Part shown: in pieces, positions 45,553 to 54,361 of the stretch
How the letters are laid out: the number at the start of each line of letters is the position of its first letter
Position numbering within the stretch: position 1 is the stretch's first letter
Source of the DNA: a phage
DNA: 64,000 bases
Sequence record: OZ346219.1
Direction: 5' to 3' (one strand)
The notes under the pieces: model-generated
The model's input: only the letters and a program-made list of their open reading frames with translations
Told to the model about the DNA's origin: nothing
Databases searched by the model: none
Position numbers and translations under genes: made by a program

Positions 45553-45711
45553 TTACTTAATGATACTTACTTTACCAGATCCATGACAATGAGCGCAACA
45601 CCCATCACCACGCAATCCTGTTCCGTTACAGTGTTTACACTTCTTCAACGGTAAAGCCATTATAGCAAATAAAGCAATAATGAATACCGAAACTAAATTC
45701 TCAATAATCAT
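45553..45711 (-). CDS. possible small membrane-anchored protein with two C-x-x-C-x-G-x-G zinc-finger motifs (52 aa); not in the ORF track
   Basis: Hand-translated: MIIENLVSVFIIALFAIMALPLKKCKHCNGTGLRGDGCCAHCHGSGKVSIIK; hydrophobic N-terminus then CKHCNGTG / CAHCHGSG. Confidence 0.35.
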   Translation of the reverse strand: MIIENLVSVFIIALFAIMALPLKKCKHCNGTGLRGDGCCAHCHGSGKVSIIK

Positions 45712-45970
45712 AAATCGCCCTCAGTTCTTTATAGCCTCCAATGTGCTCGTTGTCAATGAATATCTGGGGGTATACAAACCGGAGGCTCTTTGAGTTCAGC
45801 CTCCCCGCCAGTTCTTCAATCATATCACGGTCGGGAATAATGTCAACCCCGACCTGCTTGAATACTGGTTTAAGTGTATATGGAATACCCAGATCATCCA
45901 GTAGCTTCATTGCACTAATACAACCATAACAATGATAAGCCTCTTTCGGTATACCGTATATCTCGATCAT
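45701..45970 (-). CDS. nrdH: glutaredoxin-like protein (NrdH-like)
   Basis: 89 aa with CYGC redox motif near the N-terminus; position before nrdG as in T4. Confidence 0.55.
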   Translation of the reverse strand: MIEIYGIPKEAYHCYGCISAMKLLDDLGIPYTLKPVFKQVGVDIIPDRDMIEELAGRLNSKSLRFVYPQIFIDNEHIGGYKELRAIYDY

Positions 45971-46467
45971 TTCTCAGCCTTTAATCTTTCTAGTTCTTCT
46001 TCCAGTTCCTTGATCCGTTGGTCACGTTCAAAGTCACGCTGCAACTTAGTGGCGAATACTCGTTTAAACTGATTGTAATCATCGATTTTAAACACTTCTT
46101 CTTCGCCATAGCGACGCACAGAAACTTCGTAGTTATTGAAGAATTGTTGCATCATTGCTTCGGATGATAGTTCTGCTGATACTACTTTAAAATATTGATC
46201 TTCGGTAGGTGAAAACCAATTACAAGCATAAAGATAAACCTTTTCATTGTCTGGACACTGGTAAGCCTTACCATCGATTTCAATCACAGAAACATATTCA
46301 GGTATAGTAGATGAATCAATAGCTAAGACTTTAAACTGACGGTCCCCGATAAACTCGGAGATCACACGATTCGCATCACTGGTTGCAAAGGCTTTACGCG
46401 CTTGTTCGTTTTTCCACTGATAGGTCATGCCAACAACAAACATATTACCAACCTCGCTCTTTACCAA
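45967..46467 (-). CDS. hypothetical protein, divergent member of the W-E-V-G-K-T-Y paralog family
   Basis: N-terminus ...VVGMTYQWKNEQARKAF plus VSVIEIDGKAY and a coiled-coil C-terminus, similar to the three following ORFs. Confidence 0.45.
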   Translation of the reverse strand: MVKSEVGNMFVVGMTYQWKNEQARKAFATSDANRVISEFIGDRQFKVLAIDSSTIPEYVSVIEIDGKAYQCPDNEKVYLYACNWFSPTEDQYFKVVSAELSSEAMMQQFFNNYEVSVRRYGEEEVFKIDDYNQFKRVFATKLQRDFERDQRIKELEEELERLKAEK

Positions 46468-47269
46468 TCAAAAATTCAACTTCACGACGTTTAATGTCTT
46501 CTTGAAGGTCTTTAATCTTCTGGCGATCTTGCATTATTTCGTCCATCTTGTCAAGTGCTGCGATGAAATCATCGAAACGTTCAAAGGTTTTACCTTCATT
46601 TGCTTCGCTAAATTTAACCATTGTCAGGCCATAACGACTACTAAACAGACGTTTCAACTGTCCAACGATCTTAGAATCAGTGGTTATAACTTCCAATTCT
46701 TCTACTTCACGAAAGAATTTTCTATCAGAATCAATAAACCAGCTAGTTCCTTTATGGTCGCTATCTTCGGTTGCACTCATTAGAGTATGGTCTTTACCAT
46801 CAATTTCAATTACATTAACTTGCCCACATAGACTAACATTTTTAACAGTAAAAGGTCTATAATTTATTGCTCGTGCAATAACATAATTAAGGTTAGATAC
46901 GTTTTCAGCATAATGACAGAAGTCGGTCATAGCATTCGCATCTTTCCAAGTATAAGTTTTACCAACTTCCCATTTCTGGGGAACTTCTTCAACTTCACGA
47001 AAGAATTTTCGATCGAATGGACTAAAGAAATATGTTGCAGTCCAAATGTCTTTTCCTGTAGCAGTTTTCGCCGTATGATAAACACCGTCTAGCTCTATTG
47101 CATTAATCCAACCGTTACCCTCGATCTCGATGATGGTAAATGGCTTGTCACCAATAGCTGCACTAATATCGCTGTTAAGTGGAGAAAGAACACCTTCTCC
47201 GTTAGTAATAAACTCAGTTTTAGAGTTTTCATCTTTCCAAGTGTAAGTTTTACCAATTTCCCATTTCAT
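46445..47269 (-). CDS. hypothetical protein with internally duplicated W-E-(I/V)-G-K-T-Y-T-W-K-D domain (274 aa)
   Basis: MKWEIGKTYTWKDENSKTEF... and ...QKWEVGKTYTWKDANAMTDF..., each followed by PFT(I/V), IEIDG and RKFFREVEE. Confidence 0.5.
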   Translation of the reverse strand: MKWEIGKTYTWKDENSKTEFITNGEGVLSPLNSDISAAIGDKPFTIIEIEGNGWINAIELDGVYHTAKTATGKDIWTATYFFSPFDRKFFREVEEVPQKWEVGKTYTWKDANAMTDFCHYAENVSNLNYVIARAINYRPFTVKNVSLCGQVNVIEIDGKDHTLMSATEDSDHKGTSWFIDSDRKFFREVEELEVITTDSKIVGQLKRLFSSRYGLTMVKFSEANEGKTFERFDDFIAALDKMDEIMQDRQKIKDLQEDIKRREVEFLIGKERGW

Positions 47270-47281
47270 AATATATTCCCC

Positions 47282-47761
47282 TTAACCGATTTTATCAAGT
47301 TCGTTTAATGCTTTCTCTGCTTCCGGTATAGCTTGCACCCTTTCCGGCATTTTGTCAAGAAAATCTTTCAACTCTTCAAAACTGGAGATATGACGCAAGG
47401 CATTAGCACCGATAGCCGCATGTGATTTGCATTCAAAGCGAATTTTATAATTATCCATAGCCAATTTGAGAAGATCAATTAGTTTAGATTCTTCTGGAAT
47501 AATAATTTCTTCAAATCTGCTACGGTCGTGACACAGAAACCAACAATATAGACCTACATCGGTTGAACTCATATAAGTTCCATCATGAAGATATACAGAT
47601 CGCACGTATCCTTTTTTCGCATCAACCGACGCAACTTTAAACGGTAATCTCAGATATTTCAAATAATCAACATCATACCATTTAAAAAATTGTTTTGCAT
47701 CTTTTACATCTTTCCACGCATAGGTCTTACCAACTTCCCATTTCATAATATCATCTCTCAT
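47282..47761 (-). CDS. hypothetical protein, W-E-V-G-K-T-Y family paralog (159 aa)
   Basis: MKWEVGKTYAWKDVKDAKQFF at the N-terminus. Confidence 0.5.
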   Translation of the reverse strand: MRDDIMKWEVGKTYAWKDVKDAKQFFKWYDVDYLKYLRLPFKVASVDAKKGYVRSVYLHDGTYMSSTDVGLYCWFLCHDRSRFEEIIIPEESKLIDLLKLAMDNYKIRFECKSHAAIGANALRHISSFEELKDFLDKMPERVQAIPEAEKALNELDKIG

Positions 47762-48287
47762 TTTTGATACGTGATTCTAATTGGATCATACGGTCGCGCG
47801 TTTGCTTATATTCTCGGATAGCACCGATCCGGCTAGGCATACCATCCAGTACGCTCTTAATACCTTCTAGGGTAGTGATTTTAGCAATGCTATTATGTAA
47901 CCCCATCTTATCGATCAACTGAATGTCGTAGGCTTCCATAAGCAGACCCAGGAGTTCTAAAGTTAGGTCTTCTTCTTTTTCTTCCGATTCTGGAATCTTA
48001 GGTTCAATAGTAACTTCGGTAAAGAAACGACGCTCACCAGACCAAAACCACACACCGGAACAGCCAATAGGGGATTCTTTTAACGTCATAGAGTCGTAAC
48101 CACTTCCGATAATAGTAATTTCTCTAACATCACCATCATCGTCAATGTCTTCTACCATAAACGGGCGACCAGCCAACAGGTCCACAATACATCTGTTAAT
48201 AGACGACGAAAATTTAGTCAGTTCGGCTTTCGACGCTTCACATTCAATCTTGTAAGTTTTACCAACTTCCCATTCCATAATAATCAC
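47751..48287 (-). CDS. hypothetical protein, W-E-V-G-K-T-Y family paralog (178 aa)
   Basis: MEWEVGKTYKIECEASKAEL at the N-terminus; RRFFTEV motif. Confidence 0.5.
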   Translation of the reverse strand: MIIMEWEVGKTYKIECEASKAELTKFSSSINRCIVDLLAGRPFMVEDIDDDGDVREITIIGSGYDSMTLKESPIGCSGVWFWSGERRFFTEVTIEPKIPESEEKEEDLTLELLGLLMEAYDIQLIDKMGLHNSIAKITTLEGIKSVLDGMPSRIGAIREYKQTRDRMIQLESRIKNER

Positions 48288-48288
48288 C

Positions 48289-48798
48289 TCAAATAATTTT
48301 CACTGGAATACTATTAACAATCTTGTATTGTACTTGATTGTCAGACCCCCGCCACGGCTTCTTCGTTGGCATATCTTTAATATAACGCCCATCGATGAAC
48401 ATGTCAACAGATTCTACAATTTTTCTTTGCTCATCATTCAATTGGTCAAGGGTATAACCAGACCATAGCCAAATATCTTTATTTGGCATCCATGATTTTA
48501 CTTCATCGATGATCCGCTGTACACCCTTTAAATTGCGTTTATACAATGGATCGCCACCTAAGAATGTTAGTCCCTGAATAAAATCAGGTCTAAGCAGATC
48601 CAGAATCAATCCCATTGTATCATCGGTGAATGGTTCCCCGTTCTTAGGATTGAGTAGGCTAGCATTAAAGCAACCATCACATGCGTGTGAACATCCGGTA
48701 ACGTAAAGGGAGACTCTCACTCCCTCACCGTTAACCATATCACAATCTTTAATATCGGCATAGCGTAGTTTGCCGTATGTATCAGAACTCATATTCAA
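48289..48798 (-). CDS. nrdG: anaerobic ribonucleotide reductase activating protein NrdG (radical SAM)
   Basis: VTGCSHACDGCFN cluster and LTFLGGDPLY...KDIWLWSGY...KPWRGSDNQ match recalled T4 NrdG. Confidence 0.8.
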   Translation of the reverse strand: MNMSSDTYGKLRYADIKDCDMVNGEGVRVSLYVTGCSHACDGCFNASLLNPKNGEPFTDDTMGLILDLLRPDFIQGLTFLGGDPLYKRNLKGVQRIIDEVKSWMPNKDIWLWSGYTLDQLNDEQRKIVESVDMFIDGRYIKDMPTKKPWRGSDNQVQYKIVNSIPVKII

Positions 48799-48934
48799 TT
48801 ACCCCGAACTCGTTTACAATCTGCGCTTTATAGTAACCACCGCGAGATGCTAATAGATAAGCTGGGCTTAGGTATTCGTATTCACGGATTTCTACTTGTG
48901 CGTTTTCAGTTTCCCAAATCAGTAAAGTCCACAT
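48782..48934 (-). CDS. hypothetical small protein (50 aa; start moved to internal ATG after promoter)
   Basis: The promoter at 48977-49005 lies inside the longer track ORF; RBS AGGAGA precedes the ATG at 48934. Confidence 0.35.
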   Translation of the reverse strand: MWTLLIWETENAQVEIREYEYLSPAYLLASRGGYYKAQIVNEFGVIEYEF

Positions 48935-48976
48935 ATTTGATTCTCCTGTAAAGTTGTATCTCGTCTTGATGAATAT

Positions 48977-49005
48977 AGTATAGGGGATCTCGCGATCCCC
49001 GTCAA
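48977..49005 (-). promoter_or_regulatory. early promoter TTGACG-17-TATACT with palindromic spacer GGGATCGCGAGATCCCC (two GATC)
   Basis: Minus strand: TTGACGgggatcgcgagatccccTATACT. Confidence 0.5.
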
Positions 49006-49009
49006 GCAT

Positions 49010-49558
49010 TTATTTTAAATTTTTTCGAATGTAGTCAGACCATTCCTTCCCTGTCAGTTCGGTCCCATTCTGGAAACTGAAATATTCATACGGCATCGAG
49101 TCAAGATAAAACAGGATCATACATCGCGCCATATAATACCAATCACGATTAAAGTAAACTACGTTATCGCCAGTACCATCAGCACCTTTATCATAACCAT
49201 CGCGGGTACGGGCGACCCATTGAATAGTATCATTTTTCTCACGGATCGTAACAGGTTCCCAATATCCAGCACATCCAGCATGACCACACGAACAAGTAAG
49301 GAAATATTGTCCTTTTGCTTTGTTGTCGTCCCATTCACGATGGATTGGTTCGATCTCGTGAAACAGTGCTAAGCAATCATGATTATGCAACACTGGCTTA
49401 CCATCAATCAATGCATGGAATGTATACAAACGACCCGTAGACAAATAGCTATCCTCACGCTCAACCAGTTCAATAGCAATCTTTTTAGCTCGTTCTTTGT
49501 GTCGTTGTGCTTTACGCTTACGGTTTAATGATTTCATATTCACCTCACACATTATCAA
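49010..49558 (-). CDS. hypothetical protein (182 aa)
   Basis: Track ORF between nrdG and nrdD, where T4 has mobC. Confidence 0.45.
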   Translation of the reverse strand: MIMCEVNMKSLNRKRKAQRHKERAKKIAIELVEREDSYLSTGRLYTFHALIDGKPVLHNHDCLALFHEIEPIHREWDDNKAKGQYFLTCSCGHAGCAGYWEPVTIREKNDTIQWVARTRDGYDKGADGTGDNVVYFNRDWYYMARCMILFYLDSMPYEYFSFQNGTELTGKEWSDYIRKNLK

Positions 49559-50094
49559 AGGTCGCGATATAGTACATTATGAAAATGAGAACTTGCATTA
49601 CCAATATTGTAGATAATAAATTCTTCATCCGGCGCTTGCGCTACAAATTGAGTATGAGCAACCGCCACAACCTTAAAAATACGATCCGTGATCTTGTGTT
49701 TAATTTCTGCCCCTACTTCCATAGGAACATATTCATTTGTTTCTGTTTCAGTCGCAAAACAGCCATCTTCTTCATAAGCACGAACAAATCGATCGCAATC
49801 AGTACGCTTAACAAATTCAAGAGTATACAATTCTCGTGAATTGTCGGTATAGACCAATACAGAATTATTATGATAGCGAATCACATACAGGTTATTATCA
49901 TCGTCAATTACGCAAAAGCTACGGATTCCTTCGCCTTTACTCCAGCAGATATTAACCACCGTTCCTCTAATAAAAAAACTTTCCTTTAAATTAAAACTAG
50001 TCAATGTGCTAGCGTGCATTTTAACAACAACACCATCGCCAATTTCCAGTTTACGAAGTTTAACTTCTTTGTTCAGTACACAAAACATCATCAT
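49555..50094 (-). CDS. hypothetical protein (179 aa)
   Basis: Track ORF preceded by promoter 50124-50151 and RBS. Confidence 0.45.
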   Translation of the reverse strand: MMMFCVLNKEVKLRKLEIGDGVVVKMHASTLTSFNLKESFFIRGTVVNICWSKGEGIRSFCVIDDDNNLYVIRYHNNSVLVYTDNSRELYTLEFVKRTDCDRFVRAYEEDGCFATETETNEYVPMEVGAEIKHKITDRIFKVVAVAHTQFVAQAPDEEFIIYNIGNASSHFHNVLYRDL

Positions 50095-50123
50095 GTTGTC
50101 CTCTCGTTGTTTTCGATGTGAGC

Positions 50124-50151
50124 ATTATACATTAGCTAATCATGTTGTCAA
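50124..50151 (-). promoter_or_regulatory. early promoter TTGACA-16-TATAAT
   Basis: Minus strand: TTGACAacatgattagctaatgTATAAT, directly downstream of the nrdD terminator. Confidence 0.55.
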
Positions 50152-50189
50152 CACCCCAAAACGAAAAAGCCGACCCTTTCGGATCGGCT
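50152..50189 (-). terminator. rho-independent terminator after nrdD (AGCCGATCC-gaaa-GGGTCGGCT plus U-run)
   Basis: 9-bp stem with one mismatch followed on the minus strand by TTTTTCGTTTTGG. Confidence 0.6.
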
Positions 50190-50194
50190 GAAAT

Positions 50195-52057
50195 TTACAT
50201 GTGCTTAACGCGGTTTACCATCTCGGAGTGTTTCCCGTGGTTGAATGGACGCAGATCAACAGATCCAAGATATCCACTAACGCGACGGATAACATTCATC
50301 TTTTCCAGATTGTCATTACCGCAATCAGGACAAACAAAACCAGACTCGGTCGCTCTCATTTCCTTAGTAGATCCGCATACATGACATACATCAGAAGGAG
50401 TATTAACACCGAAGTAGTGCAATTTATCCATTGCATAGTCTACTACAGTTTCAAGACCTTTCAGGTTGTTTTTCATGTCTGGGAACTCAACATAAGAGAT
50501 CATGCCACCGGACGCCAGCCAGTGATAATCTTTCTCAAAGTCAATTTTCTCAAATGGAGTGACTTTCCGGTCTACGTCAAGGTGGAATGAGTTGGTGTAC
50601 CAGTCTTTATCGGTAGCACCCTTAACAATACCAAATTGCTCTCGGTCCAGTCGATTAAATCGATAGCAAAGGCTCTCGGCTGGAGTGCCGTAAAGACTAA
50701 ACCCAAGTCCGGTTTCGTCCTTCCATTTTTCAGTATAATGACGCAAGATCTTAAGAATATGTTTACCGTATCGCTGCGCATCTTCCGAATCAAACGGATG
50801 AACACCAAACAGGACGCTCAATACCTCATGTAAACCAATATATCCAAGAGAGATACTAGCGCGACCATCTTTCAACACTTCCAAAATTTCATCGTTTTGA
50901 TGAATACGGAAAAACGCACCTTCGGTATACAGCACCGGAGCAACATTGGCTTTAGCCCCTTTTAAAGCGTCTACGCGACTCATGAGCGCATCAAAGCAAA
51001 TAGGCATACGATTGGCTAGCTCTTGTTCGAATAGCTCAATTCTGCGCATTACAGACGCTTTACCAGCACGACGCGCGGCAATAAGGGCAATACGCGGAAG
51101 ATTCAGGGTCACAACACCCAAGTTATTACGTCCGTCTAATACTTCTTCGCCTTTCTCATTATGCCACACACCCAGGAAGCTACGACAACCCATCGGGCTA
51201 ACCGGAACACTAGATCCGGTGATACTACGGTTATTCTTCGCAGAGATATAATCAGGGTAAAGACGCTTACTAGAACATTCCAATGCAAGTTGCTTAATGT
51301 CGTAGTTCGGATCTTCCGGTTTAAGGTTTAATCCTTCTTCTAAGAACATCACCAGCTTAGGAAACACCGGAGTGATACCATCTTTACCTAAACCTTTAGT
51401 TCGAACGTTCAGGATCGCTTTCTGAATCAGTTTTTCTTCCCAGCTAGTACCCATACCAAAGGTTAAAGTCACAAAAGGCGTTTGACCGTTGGTGGAGAAC
51501 AAAGTGTTGATTTCATATTCCAACGCTTGATACCCGTCTAAAGTTTCTTTTTCTGTCTTCTCTTGTGCATAGAGAGTATCAGCTTTGATTCCGTAGGTTT
51601 CGGCATCAGCAAGGTGTTTATGATATGTTTTCTCAACATACGGTGCTAACACCTGATCGATGTTTGCGATTGTGGTCCCGCCATATTGATGACTTGCCAC
51701 CTGTGCGATAATTTGAGCGGTTACAGCACAAGCAACGCCGATTGATTTCGGACTTTCGATTTGTGCGCTACCCAATTTAAAACCATTCTCTAACATGTCT
51801 TTGAGATTAACAAGACAGCAGTTAGTAAACGGCATAGCGGGTGCATAATCCATATCATGATAATGAATGTCACCGTCTACATGCGCTTTATAGATGTGCT
51901 CAGGTAACACGGTTTTAGCAATCTGTTTAGACACAGCACCAGCAATCAGATCTCGACGTGTCGGGAATGTTCGCGCGTCTTTGTTCGCGTTCTCTTTGCT
52001 TACTTCGTTTTCTTTACCCGTTGCGATCTCTGTAATGTCTTTGATTAGTTTTTCCAT
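50195..52057 (-). CDS. nrdD: anaerobic ribonucleoside-triphosphate reductase NrdD (no intron)
   Basis: 620 aa; ENANKDARTFPT...PFTNCCLVNLKDMLENGFKLG...C-terminal CHVCGSTKEM...CPDCG...RVSGYLG match recalled T4 NrdD; one continuous ORF. Confidence 0.85.
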   Translation of the reverse strand: MEKLIKDITEIATGKENEVSKENANKDARTFPTRRDLIAGAVSKQIAKTVLPEHIYKAHVDGDIHYHDMDYAPAMPFTNCCLVNLKDMLENGFKLGSAQIESPKSIGVACAVTAQIIAQVASHQYGGTTIANIDQVLAPYVEKTYHKHLADAETYGIKADTLYAQEKTEKETLDGYQALEYEINTLFSTNGQTPFVTLTFGMGTSWEEKLIQKAILNVRTKGLGKDGITPVFPKLVMFLEEGLNLKPEDPNYDIKQLALECSSKRLYPDYISAKNNRSITGSSVPVSPMGCRSFLGVWHNEKGEEVLDGRNNLGVVTLNLPRIALIAARRAGKASVMRRIELFEQELANRMPICFDALMSRVDALKGAKANVAPVLYTEGAFFRIHQNDEILEVLKDGRASISLGYIGLHEVLSVLFGVHPFDSEDAQRYGKHILKILRHYTEKWKDETGLGFSLYGTPAESLCYRFNRLDREQFGIVKGATDKDWYTNSFHLDVDRKVTPFEKIDFEKDYHWLASGGMISYVEFPDMKNNLKGLETVVDYAMDKLHYFGVNTPSDVCHVCGSTKEMRATESGFVCPDCGNDNLEKMNVIRRVSGYLGSVDLRPFNHGKHSEMVNRVKHM

Positions 52058-52101
52058 TGTATCACCTATGAAAAAGCGGGATTTCTCCCGCTCGTTGATA
52101 G

Positions 52102-52596
52102 TTATTTTACCAGTTCTGCTAATTCTTTTTCTTTAGCTTCTAGTTCAGCTTTAAGCTGTTTAATCTCTTGTCGCTTCTTATTAGCGGCTTCCTGCTTACT
52201 ATTTCGGATAACCTGATCTAGATACAACTCCCAATCCTGAATATTTTTGATAATGTATCCGTCAACATTAATTGGTCGGAGATTCAGTACAGCTTCCAGT
52301 TTAGTCGCAAAAACTTTAATTGCTGGCGTGAAGTATTCATATTCGTTATCTTCAAACCAATAACCTAGACTTGCATTATCAATACGAAGACGAAGTTCAA
52401 GATCAAGGTCTTTATCTTCGGTGTAAAGATCTTTCACCTGACCCAGCGAACTAACAACAACTTTAAAACGAATTTTATCTACACCACCAAACACATCAGT
52501 AAGTATACCAGCAATTGAGCTATTAGCGCAAGATTGGTCGCTGAATGCGTCAAGGTTTTCTTTAGTTACAGTATACCAAACATCTTGTACCCACAT
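52102..52596 (-). CDS. hypothetical protein (164 aa), coiled-coil C-terminus
   Basis: Track ORF with promoter 52628-52656 upstream. Confidence 0.45.
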   Translation of the reverse strand: MWVQDVWYTVTKENLDAFSDQSCANSSIAGILTDVFGGVDKIRFKVVVSSLGQVKDLYTEDKDLDLELRLRIDNASLGYWFEDNEYEYFTPAIKVFATKLEAVLNLRPINVDGYIIKNIQDWELYLDQVIRNSKQEAANKKRQEIKQLKAELEAKEKELAELVK

Positions 52597-52627
52597 AATA
52601 TAATCCTCTCGTTGTTTAGATGGGAGT

Positions 52628-52656
52628 ATCTTACTACTCCCGTTTCATCATGTCAA
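52628..52656 (-). promoter_or_regulatory. early promoter TTGACA-17-TAAGAT with GGGAGTA/TACTCCC palindrome
   Basis: Minus strand: TTGACAtgatgaaacgggagtagTAAGATactccc; the -35 overlaps the upstream stop codon. Confidence 0.5.
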
Positions 52657-53237
52657 GCGTTAAATGACTTTTGGATCTCTTTCAGTTCAGCTACTTTATC
52701 GGCGCTGAATTTAGCGTAGGTATCATGTCGAATAATTTCACTTTCAAGAAAGGTTTCCAGCCGAGATCTATTTTCAATAAGGAACTCTTTCAGGTCTTCC
52801 GCGTTCTTGATAAAGATTTTATTGTCGGTAATGTCATCTTCAATCGCAAAGGAGATAGAGCGAACTTTACCAAACAAGTTAATCAGATCTTCCAGAGATT
52901 CTTCTTTCTTAACTGGTTTCATTTCTTCAAACTGCTTTTTAGTGATGCGTTTAAAGTATTTGCGCTCGCTTGCATCAATCATGATTGACGCACCCTCATA
53001 ATCATGAGTTTCTACCAAATACACTTTACCCATAACATTAACCGTAAGAACTTTAAAGCCCCTGTGAAGCACACCATACAGGAACTTGTTATGTTGTGGG
53101 TAGCGTTTAACAAATTCCTCTGCGGACTCAGCATTACGGAAAGTGTAATAACGACCTCGTTCAAAAACAGCATCAGTTGAAGACTTAACCGGATACAATT
53201 TATACGTTTTCTGTACCATAATATAATCCTCTATCAT
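52653..53237 (-). CDS. hypothetical protein (194 aa)
   Basis: Track ORF. Confidence 0.45.
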   Translation of the reverse strand: MIEDYIMVQKTYKLYPVKSSTDAVFERGRYYTFRNAESAEEFVKRYPQHNKFLYGVLHRGFKVLTVNVMGKVYLVETHDYEGASIMIDASERKYFKRITKKQFEEMKPVKKEESLEDLINLFGKVRSISFAIEDDITDNKIFIKNAEDLKEFLIENRSRLETFLESEIIRHDTYAKFSADKVAELKEIQKSFNA

Positions 53238-53506
53238 TTCACTAATTGAACAGCACGGAACAGAATGCGCTCACACGGAAGCAGCATAAATTCCCAACGC
53301 GGATCAAAGTCTTTAGCGGTGTATGTTTTCCCATCAACCGAGATTTCACTTACATAACCAACAGGTGACACTTTAAGAACAGTAAACCCATTCTTGATGA
53401 CTTCGTAGGTATCTTTCACCCCTTCGTATTCATCATCTAAGAAGTCTTTATGTGCTTGCTCAGATTTAAAAACATAGGCAACACCGGATTTAAACATCTT
53501 ACGCAT
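53234..53506 (-). CDS. hypothetical protein (90 aa; start moved to MRKMFKSG...)
   Basis: The promoter at 53538-53566 lies inside the longer track ORF; RBS AAGGAGA precedes the ATG at 53506. Confidence 0.4.
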   Translation of the reverse strand: MRKMFKSGVAYVFKSEQAHKDFLDDEYEGVKDTYEVIKNGFTVLKVSPVGYVSEISVDGKTYTAKDFDPRWEFMLLPCERILFRAVQLVK

Positions 53507-53537
53507 TGTTGATTCTCCTTCTTGATTAGATGGGAGT

Positions 53538-53566
53538 ATTTTACTACTCCCATTTCTTATTGTCAA
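53538..53566 (-). promoter_or_regulatory. early promoter TTGACA-17-TAAAAT with GGGAGTA/TACTCCC palindrome
   Basis: Minus strand: TTGACAataagaaatgggagtagTAAAATactccc. Confidence 0.5.
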
Positions 53567-53569
53567 CTA

Positions 53570-54058
53570 CTATCTTAATCTTTGTATGAATTGTTTCTTA
53601 TACTTCTTCGTGATCTCTTCTCTTGTATCAGCGTCACAATAATCGAAACCTTCTGCGTCCATAATAGCAACCATCTCCGCGCGTGTCAAGCGTGAAAATC
53701 GTTTTACTTTATCAACAGCATATTGAGGATGTAAATGATTGTTGGTGTAGTCTCCTTTGATGTAATTAACATAGTTTGTAGCCCAAACAACGAAATCAGC
53801 ACCTAAAGCACCAACACCAAACCGTTTAAAGTCTCCGGTCAACGATCCTTCTAGGCGGTTGCAACACGAATGAAGCAATCCCCTTACGCGGCCTTGCCCT
53901 TTCCCATCTAGATCGTGGTCGTGGTCAAGATGGTTTTTGCTCATATCCTCAAAAAGTGGCAATTGACAAAGGGGGCAAATGCCCCCCTGTTTTTCGAATA
54001 GTTCTTGTTTGTACTCTTTAGCACTCTTAGCAGTCAGTAACATAAATTCACCCTCCAA
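53570..54058 (-). CDS. gp49: endonuclease VII (gp49) Holliday-junction resolvase
   Basis: CPLCQ...HLDHDHDLDGKGQGRVRGLLHSCCN matches the T4 endo VII zinc/H-N-H-like core. Confidence 0.75.
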   Translation of the reverse strand: MEGEFMLLTAKSAKEYKQELFEKQGGICPLCQLPLFEDMSKNHLDHDHDLDGKGQGRVRGLLHSCCNRLEGSLTGDFKRFGVGALGADFVVWATNYVNYIKGDYTNNHLHPQYAVDKVKRFSRLTRAEMVAIMDAEGFDYCDADTREEITKKYKKQFIQRLR

Positions 54059-54067
54059 AGAAGGTAT

Positions 54068-54361
54068 TTAACCATTAATCTTGTTTTTGACTACAAAGGA
54101 TCGGAACTCATCAAAACCACCGATATAATCACCATCATAGAAAATCTGCGGCATGGTGGCAATAACTTCTACCCCTGCGCGATCCTGAATATCGGCAATG
54201 ATAGAATCAATCTTTACCGGACGACCGTTTTCGTCCACACCATCATTAACCGGAATGTAGATGTAAGGGATCTTACGCGATTCACAAAGGCGCTTTGCAT
54301 TCTGGCAATACTTACAGTTGTAACCTTCAAAACCAAAAATTTCTACCATGTTATACCTCAA
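54068..54361 (-). CDS. nrdC: glutaredoxin/thioredoxin NrdC-like
   Basis: CKYC redox motif near the N-terminus, MPQIFYDGDYIGGFDEF resembles T4 NrdC. Confidence 0.65.
   Translation of the reverse strand: MRYNMVEIFGFEGYNCKYCQNAKRLCESRKIPYIYIPVNDGVDENGRPVKIDSIIADIQDRAGVEVIATMPQIFYDGDYIGGFDEFRSFVVKNKING

Noticed and set aside
50195-52057. Group I intron in nrdD (as in T4 nrdD/sunY)
   Set aside because: nrdD is a single uninterrupted 620-aa ORF with conserved N- and C-terminal blocks contiguous; no intron-sized interruption.
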